6,838 nt of DNA from the IMG/VR virus record IMGVR_UViG_3300024265_000604, positions 1 through 6,838 of that record; one strand, written 5' to 3'. The notes beneath the pieces were generated by a model that saw nothing but the letters and a program-made list of their open reading frames with translations, searched no databases and was not told the DNA's origin. The translations under genes were made by a program, and so were the position numbers. This document shows, in pieces, positions 6,377-6,838 of this stretch (position 1 is the stretch's first letter; every line of letters begins with the position of its first letter).

Positions 6377-6603
6377 GATTGATTGAAAAAAATATTAAAG
6401 AAATGAAAACAAAACGATATGGAGTAAAAACATTATTAATTTTTAAAAGTAATTCTAATTTTCATGGTTTTATTGAATATACAGCTACAAGAAAAATGCC
6501 TAATGGTAAGGTTTTTAGAGTAGATAAAGCAATATATAATCAAAATGGCAATCATATAGCTTATTATCCAAAAACAAAACCAATGTTTAATACTAAGTTT
6601 TAA
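6373..6603 (+). CDS. Small basic beta-rich hypothetical protein, 76 aa
   Basis: ORF track. ATG lies within the repeated leader and a T-tract follows the stop. Lys/Arg-rich, no recognised family. Confidence 0.72.
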   Translation: MRLIEKNIKEMKTKRYGVKTLLIFKSNSNFHGFIEYTATRKMPNGKVFRVDKAIYNQNGNHIAYYPKTKPMFNTKF

Positions 6604-6614
6604 TTTTTCTTTTT
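6604..6614 (+). terminator. Candidate oligo-T terminator
   Basis: TTTTTCTTTTT immediately after the TAA of 6373-6603. Confidence 0.45.
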
Positions 6615-6635
6615 GAAAGTTAATTAGATAAACCT

Positions 6636-6662
6636 AATTAACCAAAAGTGAAATAATTATGA
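6636..6662 (+). repeat. Repeated gene-leader element, copy 2
   Basis: AATTAACCAAAAGTGAAATAATTATGA, containing the ATG at 6659. Confidence 0.85.
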
Positions 6663-6838
6663 TTGAGAAAATTGTTAAAGTATTAATATTAATTACATAT
6701 TTAATATTATCAATTCTTTCTATATTAGAAATAATATTTTTTAGTAAGTTTTATTGTATCATATTTCAAATTACAATAATAACTCCATGTTTTATATTTC
6801 TGTATATAGCATTTAGTATGATTAATATAACAGATTGA
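6659..6838 (+). CDS. Small 2-TM membrane protein, 59 aa (not in ORF track)
   Basis: Manual translation: MIEKIVKVLILITYLILSILSILEIIFFSKFYCIIFQITIITPCFIFLYIAFSMINITD*. Starts in leader copy 2 and ends with TGA at the last base of the window. Confidence 0.65.
   Translation: MIEKIVKVLILITYLILSILSILEIIFFSKFYCIIFQITIITPCFIFLYIAFSMINITD

Larger units (their letters stand above)
1..6838. mobile_element. Segment of an archaeal virus/provirus, probably spindle-shaped (wyrdvirus/fusellovirus/halspivirus-like morphogenesis module plus divergent small-gene arm)
   Basis: Gene content and order: hairpin MCP, adhesin, small TM proteins, Zot/pI-like ATPase, with no housekeeping genes. TATA-like boxes, oligo-T terminators and many N-X-S/T sequons point to an archaeal host. 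Element boundaries are not visible. Confidence 0.8.

Noticed and set aside
6351-6662. Leader repeats as CRISPR repeats, integron attC or attL/attR
   Set aside because: Spacing is about 285 bp around an ORF, there is no palindromic attC structure, and no integrase or tRNA is nearby.
1-6838. Window as a complete circular genome, since it begins and ends on stop codons
   Set aside because: No terminal redundancy is visible, and ends coinciding with stop codons are most simply an extraction artefact.

Overview
This very AT-rich window looks like part of an archaeal virus or provirus with two divergent arms. The minus-strand arm (5852 down to 1) is a tightly coupled virion morphogenesis operon. 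It begins with an 80-aa two-helix hydrophobic hairpin protein resembling the major capsid proteins of spindle-shaped archaeal viruses (SSV1 VP1/His1 type). An oligo-T terminator follows, then an unannotated 56-aa membrane protein and a 981-aa secreted, sequon-rich adhesin with three ConA/LamG-like repeats and a 3-TM anchor. Next come four small membrane proteins, a 108-aa soluble protein and a Zot/inovirus pI-like P-loop ATPase with no TM segment. This combination matches what I recall of the Asgard-archaeal 'wyrdvirus'-type spindle-shaped viruses; the assignment rests on motif recognition, not a database search. The plus-strand arm (6043-6838) holds four tiny orphan ORFs, three missed by the ORF track; three share an AAGTGAA leader motif and two share a near-identical 26/27-bp leader. 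A control region with a 20-bp tandem repeat running into a TATA box separates the arms. One adhesin repeat appears to be inserted inside the tail of another. No replication gene, integrase, att site, RNA gene or CRISPR array is visible.
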